This document shows, one piece after another, positions 24,610 through 36,286 of a stretch of 64,000 nt of DNA. The stretch lies in NCBI RefSeq assembly GCF_024298765.1, contig NZ_CP101210.1; one strand, written 5' to 3'. The stretch's first letter is position 1. Each line of letters opens with the position of its first letter. The position numbers and the translations under genes are program-made. Under the pieces are notes generated by a model that saw only the letters and a program-made list of their open reading frames with translations, made no database searches and had not been told where the DNA came from. The DNA is from Escherichia coli (GTDB lineage Bacteria > Pseudomonadota > Gammaproteobacteria > Enterobacterales > Enterobacteriaceae).

Positions 24610-25209
24610 TCAGAACTTATAACCGACACCCACGATGAAACCATCAGTGCGCCAGTCACCACTGCCGGAACCTTCATAAGCAATATCAATGGCCACGGAT
24701 TCGGTCGGGTTAAACTGCACGCCAGCCCACCACGCCAGAGACGTGTTGCTGTGGCGACCGTCATCACTTCCGGTCAGCACATCATGCGTTTTCCCCTTGT
24801 TGTCAGTTACGCGGAGATAATCCCCGGAAAAAGTCGACACACGGCTGTAAGCCACGCCCGCCATCGCATACGCACTGAACCATTCATTCACGCGCACAGA
24901 GGGCCCCGCCATCACGCTGAACCAGCGGTTACGCACAGAATCTTCATGCCAGCGGGTATCGCTGTAACGGGTCAGCTGGCGATTCTTGTCTCCTGCATAG
25001 CTGAATGACGTCACCATCCCCAGCGTATCCGTAAACTCATAACGGTATTTCACGTTAATCCCGTTCAGATCATCGCTGCCGGGAACGTTGGTCGAGGCAT
25101 GAAGATACCCCGCGCTCAGCGTGGACTGATGTTCAGATGCCCATGCAGGCGCACCGGATACGGCCAGACAAATGGCTGCGGACAAAATTGCTGCACAAAC
25201 TTTACGCAT
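24610..25209 (-). CDS. lom: outer membrane protein Lom (Ail/Lom family)
   Basis: 199-aa ORF with signal peptide, matches lambda Lom. Confidence 0.93.
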   Translation of the reverse strand: MRKVCAAILSAAICLAVSGAPAWASEHQSTLSAGYLHASTNVPGSDDLNGINVKYRYEFTDTLGMVTSFSYAGDKNRQLTRYSDTRWHEDSVRNRWFSVMAGPSVRVNEWFSAYAMAGVAYSRVSTFSGDYLRVTDNKGKTHDVLTGSDDGRHSNTSLAWWAGVQFNPTESVAIDIAYEGSGSGDWRTDGFIVGVGYKF

Positions 25210-25229
25210 AATTACCTCTCGCTTTTCTG

Positions 25230-25262
25230 CAATAAAAAAGGCACCATTTCTGGTGCCCTTAT
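25230..25262 (-). terminator. tJ-like rho-independent terminator after J
   Basis: aagggcaccagaaatggtgcctt hairpin followed by TTTTTTATT on the minus strand. Confidence 0.6.
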
Positions 25263-25278
25263 ATGGGTTATAACAATT

Positions 25279-28200
25279 TCAACGAATACTGATGCCGGAA
25301 GCGGCTTTTTTGGTCACAATCACCGTACAGTCGGTGATATTACCTGCCCACTGATTGCCTTTATGGAAAACCTTAAACTCCAGAGTGACGCTTCCCCTGC
25401 CACTCGGCATATCAATAACCGCACTGTAGCTACCGGGAATGGCCCCTTTAGTTTCTCTGGATGCGATTAATACACCGTTTTTGCGAACTTCAAAACCATA
25501 ACCCGTGTATCTTGTACCTCCCGGGTTATTACCACTTCCCGGATCGCTATACGCTATTCCGTTAAAGATAATGGGCGGAATAATGATTTGACGGTCAAAG
25601 TTATGATCATCGCTGATGGTGACTGTAACCGTCCCGTTTGGTGTTTCCGTATTACCCCACGTACCAGCCTGTTTCGGGAATGATTTGGATACAGCTTTAA
25701 CGAAGTCACCTCTGACCTGAGTCGCCTCCAGCATGCCCTTAATCGTACAGTTTTCATTTACCGTGACATTGTTGAGCGTCCCGGCGTTCGCATTCACACT
25801 GCCACTGATATCCGCATTTTTAGCGGTCAGCTTTCCGTCCGGTGTCAGGGAAAATGCCGGTGGATTTCCACCGCTGGTAATGGTGGGGGCCGTCAGGCGT
25901 TTCAGGAACACGTCGTTCATGAATATCTGATCGCCCTGACCAACAAACATCGGTTTTGTGTTGCCATTCGCAGGATTAACCATCGCAATCCTGTCCGCCG
26001 CCAGCAGCACCTGACTCTGCATGCCGTCAGGGGTGTTCTCAATACCGGCACCAATACCCGCGATATAAAGGCGTCCGTCCTGCATCTGCTGCAGCTTCAC
26101 AGCCCACATGCTGTTCAGGTTATTATTTGTATCAACCTGAACTTTCTGTATCTGCTGGATTGCCGCACTCTGGTCTTCCAGTTTTTTATTGACGGTCTGC
26201 GTGATTTCATTGCTGACATTCGTAATGGACGTCCTGATTTCAGCCAGGTCCGGCGCAAGCTGACCGTTATCAATCTGCGTCCACAGCTCCTGGGCCAGAT
26301 GTGTTTTCCCGATTTCTCCTTTGAAAAAATCCAGGTAACCTTCCGCATCATCGCTCGCCCGACCGACAGCCTCCACGAATGCCGATTTGCCAACAGTGTT
26401 CACACTGCGAACGTAAAAATAATAATCATGACCCGGCTTGATATTGATACTGGCAGCTATCCAGTACAGCGCCGTGCCAAGATAGCGGGCTGTAGTTTCA
26501 ACCTGCCTGATATCGGTAATCCGCTTTTCCGAGAACCAGAACTCAAACTGTACCGTCGGGTCATAAACGGCAAGATGCGGCGTTGCGGTTATCTGAAAAT
26601 AGCCCGGCGTCAGTTCAATCCGCGACGGCGTCGCCGGTGCGGCAATCCGGAACAATACCGACGCCGGATCGCCCTGCTGTCCCCACGCATTTACCGCCCG
26701 GACTGTCAGCCTGTAGTTTCCCAGCGCCAGCTGCCTGAAGCGGTATGTGGTTTCCGTCGTCCGGGCTGTGCTGACCAGCCGCTCACTGCCATCGTCCGCT
26801 GTCACGGTCAGGCGAAGCATAAAGCTCACCCCCTTCACCACCTTCGGTGTGTCCCAGCGCGCCAGCACCTGATATTCCCCGCTGTCTGCGGAGACTTCGG
26901 CTGTCAGGTGCTGTACCGCTGGCGGCGTGACACCATTCACCGTGCCGCTCAAATCGCCGTCAAAGTGCGCCCCGTTATCCACGATGGCCTCTTTTTCCGG
27001 TACATGCTGCACGGCAGTGATGGCATACGTGCCGTCATCGTTCTCACGGATACTCACACAGCGGAACAGGCGCTGGCGCAACGTCGGCAACTTCAGCCCC
27101 CATACGCTGTATCCGGCAACGCCGTCAGGAACACGGCTCACTTTTACCTTCACGCCGTCGGTGACGGACTGGACCTCCACGCTGACCGGATTGCCACTTC
27201 CGTCAACCAGGCTTATCAGCGTGGTGCCGGAAGATGGCAGCGTGATTTCACGGTCGAGCGTCAGCGTCCGGGTCTGGCTGTTCACCGCCAGCACGCGCCC
27301 GCCGGTGCTGATACCGGCATAGTCATCATCGCAGATTTCAATGACATCGCCCGGTACATGGCGAAGCCCTTCAGCACCCACGCTGAAGTCCACGGTCTGC
27401 GTTTCCAGCAGCTCCGTTTTAATCAGCCACAGCCCGGCTCGGTGTGCCTGCCCCCGGCTGGTACAGCCAAAGGCATCCATCTTCGTGACGTTACGACCAT
27501 AACGGGCAATGGCCTGCGTGTCCTCCACAAGCTCTGTCGCCGTCTCCCAGCCGTTATCCGGGTCAATCCAGTTCACCTCAACGGCATTATGGCGGTCCTT
27601 GAGGGCGCTGAAGCTGTAGCGGAACGGCGCGCCATCATCCGGCATCACCACATTACTGCGGTTATAGGTCCACACCTTATCCGACGGTCGGTCCTGCACG
27701 AACGTCAGCGTCTGCCCGTTCCATACCGGCATACAGCGCATCGCCGAGCAGAAATCACTGAGCACATCCCACGCCTTGCGCTGTGTGGTCAGGTACGCAT
27801 TACAGGTGATGCGCGGCTCCGTGCCGCCAAAGCCGTCCGGCACTGACTGGTCGCAGTACTGGCCGATGACATACAGCGCCCATTTGTCCACATCCGCCGC
27901 ACCAAGACGTTTCCCCATGCCGTAGCGTGGGTGGGTCAGCATATCCCACAGACACCAGGCCATGTTATTGCTGTATGCTGGCTTAAACGTTCCGTCCCAG
28001 ATACCGCTGTATTGCCGCGTCTGCGGGTTATAATTCGACGGCACCTGCAGAATACGCCCGCGCAGATGATAATTACGGCTCACCTGCTGGCTGCCGAACT
28101 GCTCCGAGTCCACCTGCACACCGACCAGTGCCGTGTTCGGGTAGCACTGTTTCACATCGATGATTTCGGTGTATGACGACCAGAGCGTTTTGTTCTGCAG

Positions 28201-28776
28201 CTGGTCTGTGGTGCTGTCCGGCGTCATCCTGCGCATCCGTATACTGAACGGGCGCGGCGGCAGGTTATCCACCACCACCGAGGCCAGATACTGCGAGGTG
28301 GTTTTGCCCTTAATGGTGATGTCTTTTTCCGTCACCCAGCCACCGTTACGCTGTATCTGAACCAGCAGGCGGACTTCCGACGGATTCCTGTCACCCTTTG
28401 AGGTGGTTTCCACCAGTGCCTGTACACCGAAGGTAAAGCGCAGACGGTCGATGTTTGCCGACGTGATGGTCCGGGTGATCGGCGTGTCATATTTCACTTC
28501 CGTACCCAGCACCGTCTCGGAGCCGGAGGATTCAAATCCCTCCGGCGGTGACTGCTCCTGCTCACCGGCCCGGAACACCACCGTGACGCCGGATATATTG
28601 GTATTCCCCTCACTGTCCAGCACCGGCGTACTGTTCAGCAGCACGCTTTTTAATCCATCCACCGGACCTTCAACCGGCCCTTCGCTGATGGCATCGATCA
28701 CACTCAGCAGCTGCGTGGACTTCAGGTTGTCCTTCGCTTCGCGCGGGGTATGCCCCTTACTGCTGCCTTTACCCAT
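25279..28776 (-). CDS. J: tail tip / host specificity protein J
   Basis: 1165-aa ORF, N-terminus and fibronectin-like middle match lambda gpJ. Confidence 0.95.
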   Translation of the reverse strand: MGKGSSKGHTPREAKDNLKSTQLLSVIDAISEGPVEGPVDGLKSVLLNSTPVLDSEGNTNISGVTVVFRAGEQEQSPPEGFESSGSETVLGTEVKYDTPITRTITSANIDRLRFTFGVQALVETTSKGDRNPSEVRLLVQIQRNGGWVTEKDITIKGKTTSQYLASVVVDNLPPRPFSIRMRRMTPDSTTDQLQNKTLWSSYTEIIDVKQCYPNTALVGVQVDSEQFGSQQVSRNYHLRGRILQVPSNYNPQTRQYSGIWDGTFKPAYSNNMAWCLWDMLTHPRYGMGKRLGAADVDKWALYVIGQYCDQSVPDGFGGTEPRITCNAYLTTQRKAWDVLSDFCSAMRCMPVWNGQTLTFVQDRPSDKVWTYNRSNVVMPDDGAPFRYSFSALKDRHNAVEVNWIDPDNGWETATELVEDTQAIARYGRNVTKMDAFGCTSRGQAHRAGLWLIKTELLETQTVDFSVGAEGLRHVPGDVIEICDDDYAGISTGGRVLAVNSQTRTLTLDREITLPSSGTTLISLVDGSGNPVSVEVQSVTDGVKVKVSRVPDGVAGYSVWGLKLPTLRQRLFRCVSIRENDDGTYAITAVQHVPEKEAIVDNGAHFDGDLSGTVNGVTPPAVQHLTAEVSADSGEYQVLARWDTPKVVKGVSFMLRLTVTADDGSERLVSTARTTETTYRFRQLALGNYRLTVRAVNAWGQQGDPASVLFRIAAPATPSRIELTPGYFQITATPHLAVYDPTVQFEFWFSEKRITDIRQVETTARYLGTALYWIAASINIKPGHDYYFYVRSVNTVGKSAFVEAVGRASDDAEGYLDFFKGEIGKTHLAQELWTQIDNGQLAPDLAEIRTSITNVSNEITQTVNKKLEDQSAAIQQIQKVQVDTNNNLNSMWAVKLQQMQDGRLYIAGIGAGIENTPDGMQSQVLLAADRIAMVNPANGNTKPMFVGQGDQIFMNDVFLKRLTAPTITSGGNPPAFSLTPDGKLTAKNADISGSVNANAGTLNNVTVNENCTIKGMLEATQVRGDFVKAVSKSFPKQAGTWGNTETPNGTVTVTISDDHNFDRQIIIPPIIFNGIAYSDPGSGNNPGGTRYTGYGFEVRKNGVLIASRETKGAIPGSYSAVIDMPSGRGSVTLEFKVFHKGNQWAGNITDCTVIVTKKAASGISIR

Positions 28777-28836
28777 TCGTCATGCTCCATAAACGATAAA
28801 ACCGCCCGGAGGCGGTTTCACATAAAACGTTTTTCA

Positions 28837-29478
28837 TCAGCGACCAATCACCACAACCTGACCACCATCACCTTCATCTGCTGTGCTGATCTCCTGAGAT
28901 ACCACACGTGATCCCACGCGCATTTCACCGTACAGAACGGGCAGAACATTGCCCTGGGCAACCATATTATCCAGTGAAGAAAAATAGGTGTTCTGTTTGC
29001 CGTTATCCGTTGTCTGTGTGCTGGGGGTTTTGGGTTTAGGGGCCAGCATCTGTGCAACACCGCCAAGCGTCATACTGGCACCGAGAGAAAACAGCAGATT
29101 ACTCGCCATAATTCCTACCCCCGGCATCCATATAGCAACCGCCATAACAGCCGCCCCCAGCACAGCCTGAAACACACCGCCACTTTTGGCTCCTGCCAGA
29201 CGCGGCACGATATGGATCACAGCACCATTTGCCAGCGGTTCATTAAGACGGGCTGATAATTCCGTTTCACCTGTATCACGCCCGGCAATCCGTACCTGAT
29301 ACCAGCCGTCGCTCAGTTTCTGACGAAACGCCGGGAGCTGTGTGGCCAGCGCCCGGATGGCTTCAGCCCCCGTTTTCACACGAAGGTCGATGCGGCGACC
29401 AAATCGTTGTAAATCCCCGTAAAGGCAGATGCGCGCCATGCCCGGTGACGCCAGAGGGAGTGTGTGCGTCGCTGCCAT
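28837..29478 (-). CDS. I: tail assembly protein I
   Basis: 213-aa ORF, MAATHTLPLASPGMARICLYGDLQRFG... as in lambda gpI. Confidence 0.9.
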   Translation of the reverse strand: MAATHTLPLASPGMARICLYGDLQRFGRRIDLRVKTGAEAIRALATQLPAFRQKLSDGWYQVRIAGRDTGETELSARLNEPLANGAVIHIVPRLAGAKSGGVFQAVLGAAVMAVAIWMPGVGIMASNLLFSLGASMTLGGVAQMLAPKPKTPSTQTTDNGKQNTYFSSLDNMVAQGNVLPVLYGEMRVGSRVVSQEISTADEGDGGQVVVIGR

Positions 29479-30119
29479 TTGTCGGTATACCTCTCTCGTT
29501 TGCTCAGTTGTTCAGGAATATGGTGCAGCAGCTCGCCATCACCACAGTAAATGGCGGCATGATTCGGCACCGATGAACCAAAACAGCACAGCAGCACATC
29601 GCCCGGTTGTGCTGATGACAACGGCACCTGATACAACCCTGTGGCCTCCAGATTATCCAGATAGAGATTCTGACCGTGACGCCACCAGTCATCCTCGCGA
29701 TGAAAATCCGGCATCTCAATCCCCGCCAGATGATAAGCATCCCGGAACAGCGTGTAACAGTCCGTCACCCCGTGCTCAAAGCGCCGCCCGGTGAGATGCG
29801 GCACACAGCGGAACTTATGAATCGTCCCCCGGCAGACCAGCCACCACGGCAAATCACTCTGCACCTGCAGCCGCCGGTCGGCCTCACTCAGCCAGGGCAG
29901 ACCACCGGGGTGGCTGTGGACCAGCGCCACAATCTCACCCTGCATTTCTGCCTGCAGCCAGTCTTCCGGCGACATACGGAAATACGCCTCCGGCTCACCG
30001 GAGATATTCACGCAGGGGAAATATCTTTCCCCCTCCGGCGTGCTTACCACGAAGCCGCACGACTCCGCTGGCGCACATCGCCGGGCGTGCGCCAGAATCG
30101 CTGATTCTGTCTGTGTCAT
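29376..30119 (-). CDS. K: tail assembly protein K (NlpC/P60 + JAB/MPN domains)
   Basis: 247-aa ORF; HSHP and Cys-His peptidase motifs; exact start uncertain. Confidence 0.85.
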   Translation of the reverse strand: MTQTESAILAHARRCAPAESCGFVVSTPEGERYFPCVNISGEPEAYFRMSPEDWLQAEMQGEIVALVHSHPGGLPWLSEADRRLQVQSDLPWWLVCRGTIHKFRCVPHLTGRRFEHGVTDCYTLFRDAYHLAGIEMPDFHREDDWWRHGQNLYLDNLEATGLYQVPLSSAQPGDVLLCCFGSSVPNHAAIYCGDGELLHHIPEQLSKRERYTDKWQRRTHSLWRHRAWRASAFTGIYNDLVAASTFV

Positions 30120-30124
30120 GGGAT

Positions 30125-30823
30125 TTACTGCGAAAGTTTGTTAATGGAAAGGAAGCCGCCAAAGTTGCCGACGTTATTGCGAAACTTACAGCCACTCAGG
30201 CATTTGCTGCACTTATCCTTCGTGATATCGGACGTTGGCTGGTCATATTCATCCGCGACCGCCGGACCGTGATAACCGCACTCATCGCCGCGATAGGTCC
30301 AGGTGCAGGTGTTGGCCAGCATGATACGTCCCGGAAAAACAGCGCCATCCGTTTCCGTCGGCGTGGACAGTACAAAGGAGGCACTGACCGCGCTCAGTTC
30401 GCTGCACTGCTCGATGCGCCAGCGGCTGATCACCTCCTGCTCCGGATCGGCGTCGCTGTTTCCGTTGACGAAGTTCACCGCATCCAGAAAACGGGCGTAA
30501 ACCTTACGCCGGACCACCGTTCCGCCGACCAGACTCTGCATATCTTCCGCCATCCCGGTGACCATACCGTACAGGTTAGAAACCGTCAGCGTGGGGCGTG
30601 TACTGGTGCCTTTGCCATTCAGTTCAAAACCGCTCCCCTGAATGGGATACGGCTGATACTGTCGCCCCTGCCAGGTGACCGGCTCACCTTTTTCGTTCTG
30701 CTCATTACAGAAAAAATAACGTTCTCCACCGACCTCTGTCAGGTCGATTTCCCAGAGCACCACGCTGGCCGACTGCTCCGCACGGGTGCATTCATTCAGT
30801 GTTTCCTGCCGGATATCCTGCAT
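30125..30823 (-). CDS. L: minor tail protein L
   Basis: 232-aa ORF matching lambda gpL. Confidence 0.95.
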   Translation of the reverse strand: MQDIRQETLNECTRAEQSASVVLWEIDLTEVGGERYFFCNEQNEKGEPVTWQGRQYQPYPIQGSGFELNGKGTSTRPTLTVSNLYGMVTGMAEDMQSLVGGTVVRRKVYARFLDAVNFVNGNSDADPEQEVISRWRIEQCSELSAVSASFVLSTPTETDGAVFPGRIMLANTCTWTYRGDECGYHGPAVADEYDQPTSDITKDKCSKCLSGCKFRNNVGNFGGFLSINKLSQ

Positions 30824-31152
30824 CAGTTCACCACCTGTTCAAACTCTGCGCTGAACTCAACACGCAGCATACTGACCCGCGACGACCATTTTGCGCAGGT
30901 CACCTTTATCTGCCGCCACTCATAAGGCGGCGTCCACAGAAAGGCTTTCCAGCCCCCGTGCTCTTCCAGAAACGACTCCAGTACCGTGGCCTCCTCACGG
31001 GGGACAGAAAGCGTCACGCTGTACGTTTTCAGGTTGGCATTCAGCCCGGCAGGCGCTCGCTGGGAATAGCCATCACCAAAGCGCACCTTTCTTACAGAAG
31101 GGGCCGAAGCCACATCCATACCGGGTTTCACTTTCCAGCGGAAGGTTTTCAT
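30823..31152 (-). CDS. M: minor tail protein M
   Basis: 109-aa ORF matching lambda gpM. Confidence 0.95.
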   Translation of the reverse strand: MKTFRWKVKPGMDVASAPSVRKVRFGDGYSQRAPAGLNANLKTYSVTLSVPREEATVLESFLEEHGGWKAFLWTPPYEWRQIKVTCAKWSSRVSMLRVEFSAEFEQVVN

Positions 31153-33710
31153 CGTCCACCTCCGGAGAACAGGCCACCATCACGCATCTGTGTCTGAATT
31201 TCATCACGGGCACCCTTGCGGGCCATGTCATACACTGCCTTCATCATCTGTGGACCTGGCAGACCATTCGTACCGTCGTTCTGAATCACCACGTGATTGT
31301 TCTGATTAAAATTAATGCCTTCAGCCCGCCGCATCTGCGCCGGACTTCCGGCACCGCCCACATAACCACCTTCCGCATAGCCCCGCATCAGGCGGTACAG
31401 GTTGCCGACACCAATCCGGCTGGTTGCCTCCTTCGTGAAGACAAATTCACCACGGTGAACAATCCCCGCTGGCTCATATTTGCCGCCGGTTCCCGTAAAT
31501 CCCCCGGTCGCAAAATGGAATTTCGCCGCAGCTGCCTGAATGGCTGTACCGCCTGACGCGGATGCGCCGCCACCAACAGCCCCGCCAATGGCGCTGCCGA
31601 TACTCCCGACAATCCCCACCATTGCCTGCTTAAGCAGAATTTCTGTCATCATGGACAGCACGGAACGGGTGAAGCTGCGCCAGTTCTGCTCACTGCCGGT
31701 CAGCATCGCCGCCATATTCTGTGCAATACCATCAAAGGTCTGCGTGGCAGCACTTTTAACCTGCGACATACTGTCCGTGGCGCTCTCTTCCCACTCACTC
31801 CAGCCGGACTTCAGGCCTGCCATCCAGCTCCCGCGAAGCTGGTCTTCAGCCGCCCAGGTCTTTTTCTGCTCTGACATGACGTTATTCAGCGCCAGCGGAT
31901 TATCGCCATACTGTTCCTTCAGGCGCTGTTCCGTGGCTTCCCGTTCTGCCTGCCGGTCAGTCAGCCCCCGGCTTTTCGCATCAATGGCGGCCCGTTTTGC
32001 CCGTTGCTGCTGTGCGAATTTATCCGCCTGCTGCGCCAGCGCGTTCAGGCGCTCCTGATACGTAACCTTGTCGCCAAGTGCAGCCAGCTGGCGTTTGTAC
32101 TCCAGCGTCTCATCTTTATGCGCCAGCAGGGATTTCTCCTGTGCAGACAGCTGGCGACGTTGCGCCGCCTCCTCCAGTACCGCGAACTGACTCTCCGCCT
32201 TCCACAAATCCCGGCGCTGCTGGCTGATTTTCTCATTTGCTCCGGCATGCCTCTCCAGCGTCCGGAGTTCAGCCTGAAGCGTCAGCAGGGCAGCATGAGC
32301 ACTGTCTTCCTGACGATCGCCCGCAGACACCTTCACGCCGGACTGTTTCGGCTTTTTCAGCGTCGCTTCATAGTCCTTTTTCGCCGCCGCCATCAGCGTG
32401 TTGTAATCTGCCTGCAGAATTTTCCCGTCCTTCAGTGCCTTGTTCAGTTCTTCCTGACGGGCGGTATATTTCTCCAGCGGCGTCTGCAGCCGTTCGTAAG
32501 CCTTCTGCGCCTCTTCGGTATATTTCAGCCGTGACGCTTCAGTATCGCTCTGCTGCTGCGCATTTGTGTCCTGTTGACTCTGCTGTTCAGCCTTCTTTCT
32601 CGCGGCTTCAAGCGCAAGACGGGCCTTTTCACGATCATCCCAGTAACGCGCCCGCGCTTCATCGTTAACAAAATAATCATCCTTGCGCAGACTCCAGATG
32701 TCGTCCGCTTTCTTAAACGCAGCCTCTGCCTTAATCAGCATCTCCTGCGCGGTATCAGGACGACCAATATCCAGCACCGCATCCCACATGGATTTGAATG
32801 CCCGCGCTGTCCTGTCTGCCCAGGTCTCCAGCGTACCCATGTTCTCTTTCAGGCGGCGGGTCTGGTCATCAAACCCTTTCGTCGCGGCCTCGTTCGCCGC
32901 CTGCAATGCCCCGGCTTCATCGCCGGAACGCTGCAACTGAGCAACATACGCAATCTGCTCCGCCGTCACGTTATGGAACTGGCGTGCCATCGCCGTCAAC
33001 CCCGACGTCGGGTCTGTGGTCAGCTTCCCGAAGGCTTCAGCGACCTTGTCCACCTCCACACCGGATGCAGAGGAGAAACGCGCCACACTCTGGCTGATGG
33101 ACGCAATCTGAGCCTCACCGCTTACTCCCGCCTTAACCAGTGCGCTGAGTGACTCGCTGGTCTGGTTAAACGTCAGCCCTGCCACCTGCCCGGCTCTGGA
33201 CAGGACCAGCATGCGATCTGCCGTCAGACCCGACTGATTGCCGGAAAGGACCAGCGTTTTGTTGAAATCGGACAGGGTTGAGTTGCCCTGATACCAGGCA
33301 TACGCCAGCGCACCGGTCGCCACCGCCAGCGAGGTGGCCCCCACCATCGGCAGGTTGATCGCACCGGCAAGCCCCCTGAACATGGGGATCATCCCGCCGA
33401 AGGAGTCCTTAACCTGCCCCCCCTGTTGCAGCAGGATCAGCCACGGACTTTGCCCGCCTGCAAGCTGCGTGGCCACGTCGGTGAACTGTGCAGGCAGCAT
33501 ACGCATGGCGGCTTTATACTGTCCGACGGAAATCCCCGCTTTCTGTGCAGCCAGCGCCTGCCGGTTCATTGACTGTTCAACGACTGCCGCTGTTTTTTTC
33601 GCATCACTTTCCGTACCGGAAAAATGACGCCTGACTCTGGCCATCTGCTCGTCAAATCTGGCCGCATCCAGACTTAAATCAACGACCAGATCGCCTACCG
33701 GTTCAGCCAT
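31149..33710 (-). CDS. H: tail tape measure protein H
   Basis: 853-aa ORF matching lambda gpH. Confidence 0.95.
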   Translation of the reverse strand: MAEPVGDLVVDLSLDAARFDEQMARVRRHFSGTESDAKKTAAVVEQSMNRQALAAQKAGISVGQYKAAMRMLPAQFTDVATQLAGGQSPWLILLQQGGQVKDSFGGMIPMFRGLAGAINLPMVGATSLAVATGALAYAWYQGNSTLSDFNKTLVLSGNQSGLTADRMLVLSRAGQVAGLTFNQTSESLSALVKAGVSGEAQIASISQSVARFSSASGVEVDKVAEAFGKLTTDPTSGLTAMARQFHNVTAEQIAYVAQLQRSGDEAGALQAANEAATKGFDDQTRRLKENMGTLETWADRTARAFKSMWDAVLDIGRPDTAQEMLIKAEAAFKKADDIWSLRKDDYFVNDEARARYWDDREKARLALEAARKKAEQQSQQDTNAQQQSDTEASRLKYTEEAQKAYERLQTPLEKYTARQEELNKALKDGKILQADYNTLMAAAKKDYEATLKKPKQSGVKVSAGDRQEDSAHAALLTLQAELRTLERHAGANEKISQQRRDLWKAESQFAVLEEAAQRRQLSAQEKSLLAHKDETLEYKRQLAALGDKVTYQERLNALAQQADKFAQQQRAKRAAIDAKSRGLTDRQAEREATEQRLKEQYGDNPLALNNVMSEQKKTWAAEDQLRGSWMAGLKSGWSEWEESATDSMSQVKSAATQTFDGIAQNMAAMLTGSEQNWRSFTRSVLSMMTEILLKQAMVGIVGSIGSAIGGAVGGGASASGGTAIQAAAAKFHFATGGFTGTGGKYEPAGIVHRGEFVFTKEATSRIGVGNLYRLMRGYAEGGYVGGAGSPAQMRRAEGINFNQNNHVVIQNDGTNGLPGPQMMKAVYDMARKGARDEIQTQMRDGGLFSGGGR

Positions 33711-34137
33711 ACCGGACTCCTCCTGCGATCCCTTCTGATACTGTCATCAGCATTACGTCATCCTCCGTCATGTCCGCCACATCCGGGGAAGCGGGGATAA
33801 CTTCATTCCCGTCCGGGCCAAAACGAACGCCTCCGGCAAGCCCTGCCGCTTTCTGCATCAGCACATCATCTTCAGGCTCTTCGTCAGCCTCGCGCCGGTT
33901 CAGCAGACTGAAATCCAGCGGATGCATCTCCGGATCGCTGAAAAACAGGCTGAGCACGGTGTACGTCAGCCCGGAAAAGTGCATATCCAGCAGAACATCA
34001 TGAAAATAATGGGTACTGTAAAAGCGGTGCCAGTCGGCATACTCCGTGGATGACATCCCGGCAAGCATGGCGCGCCAGTCGGGTCGCCCCATCTCACGCG
34101 CCAGTTTCAGGGCAAAACTCAGCTCACCGTCGAACAC
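33703..34137 (-). CDS. T: tail assembly chaperone T frame (expressed as G-T fusion by -1 frameshift)
   Basis: 144-aa ORF overlapping G 3' end; slippery GGGAAAG at the overlap. Confidence 0.85.
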   Translation of the reverse strand: MFDGELSFALKLAREMGRPDWRAMLAGMSSTEYADWHRFYSTHYFHDVLLDMHFSGLTYTVLSLFFSDPEMHPLDFSLLNRREADEEPEDDVLMQKAAGLAGGVRFGPDGNEVIPASPDVADMTEDDVMLMTVSEGIAGGVRYG

Positions 34138-34541
34138 TTTCCCGCAGAAACAGGCACTGCAGGCCCGGCGTCCTCTGCCTGTTCAGGAGCATCATTCACC
34201 ACAAACTCATACATACCGGACAGCCGGTACACCACGTTTTCAGCATGAGAAATTGCCTCTGTGGGCCAGGTGGTAAGCACTTCCTGCTCAATCTGTTTAA
34301 CGGCTTCATTCATGGAAGGCAGCTTTGTCTTCTGCGGATGGTTATGCCACAGGGACATCGCTACCACAAAAGCACCGGTTCTGATGGCGTCTTCCACAGT
34401 AAACTTCCGGTTGCTGTCTGACTCCGCCTGTTCTGCCTGCCGTTTCATCAGGTCGAGATGCTCAATACGCTGCAGGGCTGACAGTTCAGAAAGCGTGACG
34501 GTCACACCGTTATGTTCAAATGATTCGGTTTTCAGGAACAT
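34119..34541 (-). CDS. G: tail assembly chaperone G
   Basis: 140-aa ORF matching lambda gpG. Confidence 0.92.
   Translation of the reverse strand: MFLKTESFEHNGVTVTLSELSALQRIEHLDLMKRQAEQAESDSNRKFTVEDAIRTGAFVVAMSLWHNHPQKTKLPSMNEAVKQIEQEVLTTWPTEAISHAENVVYRLSGMYEFVVNDAPEQAEDAGPAVPVSAGKCSTVS
34137..34143 (-). other. programmed -1 ribosomal frameshift slippery site (G GGA AAG) for G-T
   Basis: ctttccc on + strand = GGGAAAG on minus strand at the G/T overlap. Confidence 0.75.
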
Positions 34542-34556
34542 CGCTGACTCTCCGGA

Positions 34557-35297
34557 TTAACTGGCGGTGACGTTGATTTCTGCAACCGCAGCAAACTCAC
34601 CATTACCAGATACGACCGGAATGTTGACCTTGCCTGCAGCAACACCTTTCACGGTGATGGTCATACCACTGACCGACACGGTGGCTTTTGTTTTATCCGC
34701 AGACACCGCACGGAAGCTCTTGTCGGTTGCGCCATCCGGCTGGAATGCCACGGTCAGCGTGGTGCTCTGCCCTTTCACTACGGAAGCACTGGCGGGTGTC
34801 ACCGTCATGCCGGTCGTCGCCGTCACCGTGCTGCGATCTTCTGCCATCGACGGACGGCCCACATTGGTGACCTTCACCGTGCGGGTAATCACTTCCTTCG
34901 CCGTCACCGCCTTACCGATACTGCTGACCCAGCCACGGAACACATCGACCGTGCCGTTCGGGAAGCGGATTTTATAGGCACGGGTATCACCTTCATTAAA
35001 CCACGCCAGCAGCGCCTGCTGCCCCTGCTCTCCGGGCATCCACGCCAGCGTGAAGCTGGTATCTCCGGCAGATTTCTGCCCCTGCCCGGTCGCAGTCCAG
35101 TCTGCATCTTCATCATCGAGATAGCTGTCGTCATAGGACTCAGCGGTCAGTTCGCCGGGCGTCAGGTCTTTAACTTTTGCCAGACGCGACCAGTCAACGT
35201 CTGAAAGCGGGTTCGCATAAGGGTCACCGCTCCCCTTATAAACCCACAGGGTGGTTCCGGCACCTTTCACCGGTATTGCTGGATTTGGTACAGGCAT
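34557..35297 (-). CDS. V: major tail protein V
   Basis: 246 aa from [16 protein letters not shown]...; C-terminal Ig-like domain. Confidence 0.95.
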   Translation of the reverse strand: MPVPNPAIPVKGAGTTLWVYKGSGDPYANPLSDVDWSRLAKVKDLTPGELTAESYDDSYLDDEDADWTATGQGQKSAGDTSFTLAWMPGEQGQQALLAWFNEGDTRAYKIRFPNGTVDVFRGWVSSIGKAVTAKEVITRTVKVTNVGRPSMAEDRSTVTATTGMTVTPASASVVKGQSTTLTVAFQPDGATDKSFRAVSADKTKATVSVSGMTITVKGVAAGKVNIPVVSGNGEFAAVAEINVTAS

Positions 35298-35304
35298 ATC
35301 GTCC

Positions 35305-35700
35305 TCACATTTCATAGGTAATGACATACGTCAGATCGGCAGAACTCCACAAGCCCGCATCATCGTCGCGCCGGTAGTCATAGCCACTGGCCACCATACT
35401 GGTGATCAAATCTGACAGTGCCGGGATATCGCTCATCACCGGATAAATCCGGGACTCCATCCACGCATCCAGCTCTGAATCCGGCACCTGAGCAGGCAGG
35501 AAAACTTCAATATGCAGCTCCGCCTGCCAGGTATCGCTGTCCAGCTCTTCGCCCGTGTATTCAGCGCCGGTGAGATAAACGGCAATTGCCGGAAAATCTT
35601 CCTCATCAAAAACAGCAGGGCGACCATCAAAAAACGTCGCCCCGGTGTCATGCTTCTCCAGTGCATCCAGTACGGCTGCACGGAGTTCAGTATGTTTCAT
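35305..35700 (-). CDS. U: tail terminator protein U
   Basis: 131-aa ORF matching lambda gpU. Confidence 0.95.
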   Translation of the reverse strand: MKHTELRAAVLDALEKHDTGATFFDGRPAVFDEEDFPAIAVYLTGAEYTGEELDSDTWQAELHIEVFLPAQVPDSELDAWMESRIYPVMSDIPALSDLITSMVASGYDYRRDDDAGLWSSADLTYVITYEM

Positions 35701-36275
35701 CGCTTTATTACCATCCTCAGTTGATGCTGCAGCGCATAGCCCAGCTCTTTCGGAAGACGCTCACGCCGTATCCGCTCAATATTCTGTTTAAACGCCGTGG
35801 TCAGCGGCACCGCCATCGGGATTTTCACCACATCAATGGGGTAACGGTTTTTCCCGGCCACACGCTGCATGACATGCCAGCGGCCATTTTTCAGTTGCTG
35901 AATAAACGCGCCGGGAATACGACGGTTTCCCACCACAAGCACGCTGCCGCCACCTTTCAGGGCTGAACGCTGCCCCTTTTTACGACGCCTGCGTCGGGAC
36001 AGGACAATCCGCGCGTTACCCAGCTTTATTACGGGCAAATCCCCCCGGTTAACCTTGATTCTGGCCTGCGGATTTTTGACCGTGGCCCTTTTCAGCCAGG
36101 CCCTTTCCTTTACCAGTTTCCGGCGTACCTTTGTCTCACGGGCAACCTGTGACGCCGACTGCGATATCGCGGATGAAGCAACGCGGTTAATGGCCATTGC
36201 GGCGGCACCGGGCACCGCCGTTCTGCTGATACGGCTGAGGTTTTCAACGGCCTGCTCAAGACCTTTTATGGCCAT
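35697..36275 (-). CDS. Z: tail completion protein Z
   Basis: 192-aa ORF matching lambda gpZ. Confidence 0.93.
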   Translation of the reverse strand: MAIKGLEQAVENLSRISRTAVPGAAAMAINRVASSAISQSASQVARETKVRRKLVKERAWLKRATVKNPQARIKVNRGDLPVIKLGNARIVLSRRRRRKKGQRSALKGGGSVLVVGNRRIPGAFIQQLKNGRWHVMQRVAGKNRYPIDVVKIPMAVPLTTAFKQNIERIRRERLPKELGYALQHQLRMVIKR

Positions 36276-36286
36276 ACATCCCCCTT

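Noticed and set aside
26299-27846. 515-aa plus-strand ORF antisense to J
   Set aside because: Fully embedded antisense to a well-supported J gene; Arg-rich composition typical of antisense frames.
28777-28836. Hairpin between I and J as a terminator
   Set aside because: I and J are co-transcribed in lambda and no T-run follows the stem on the coding strand.
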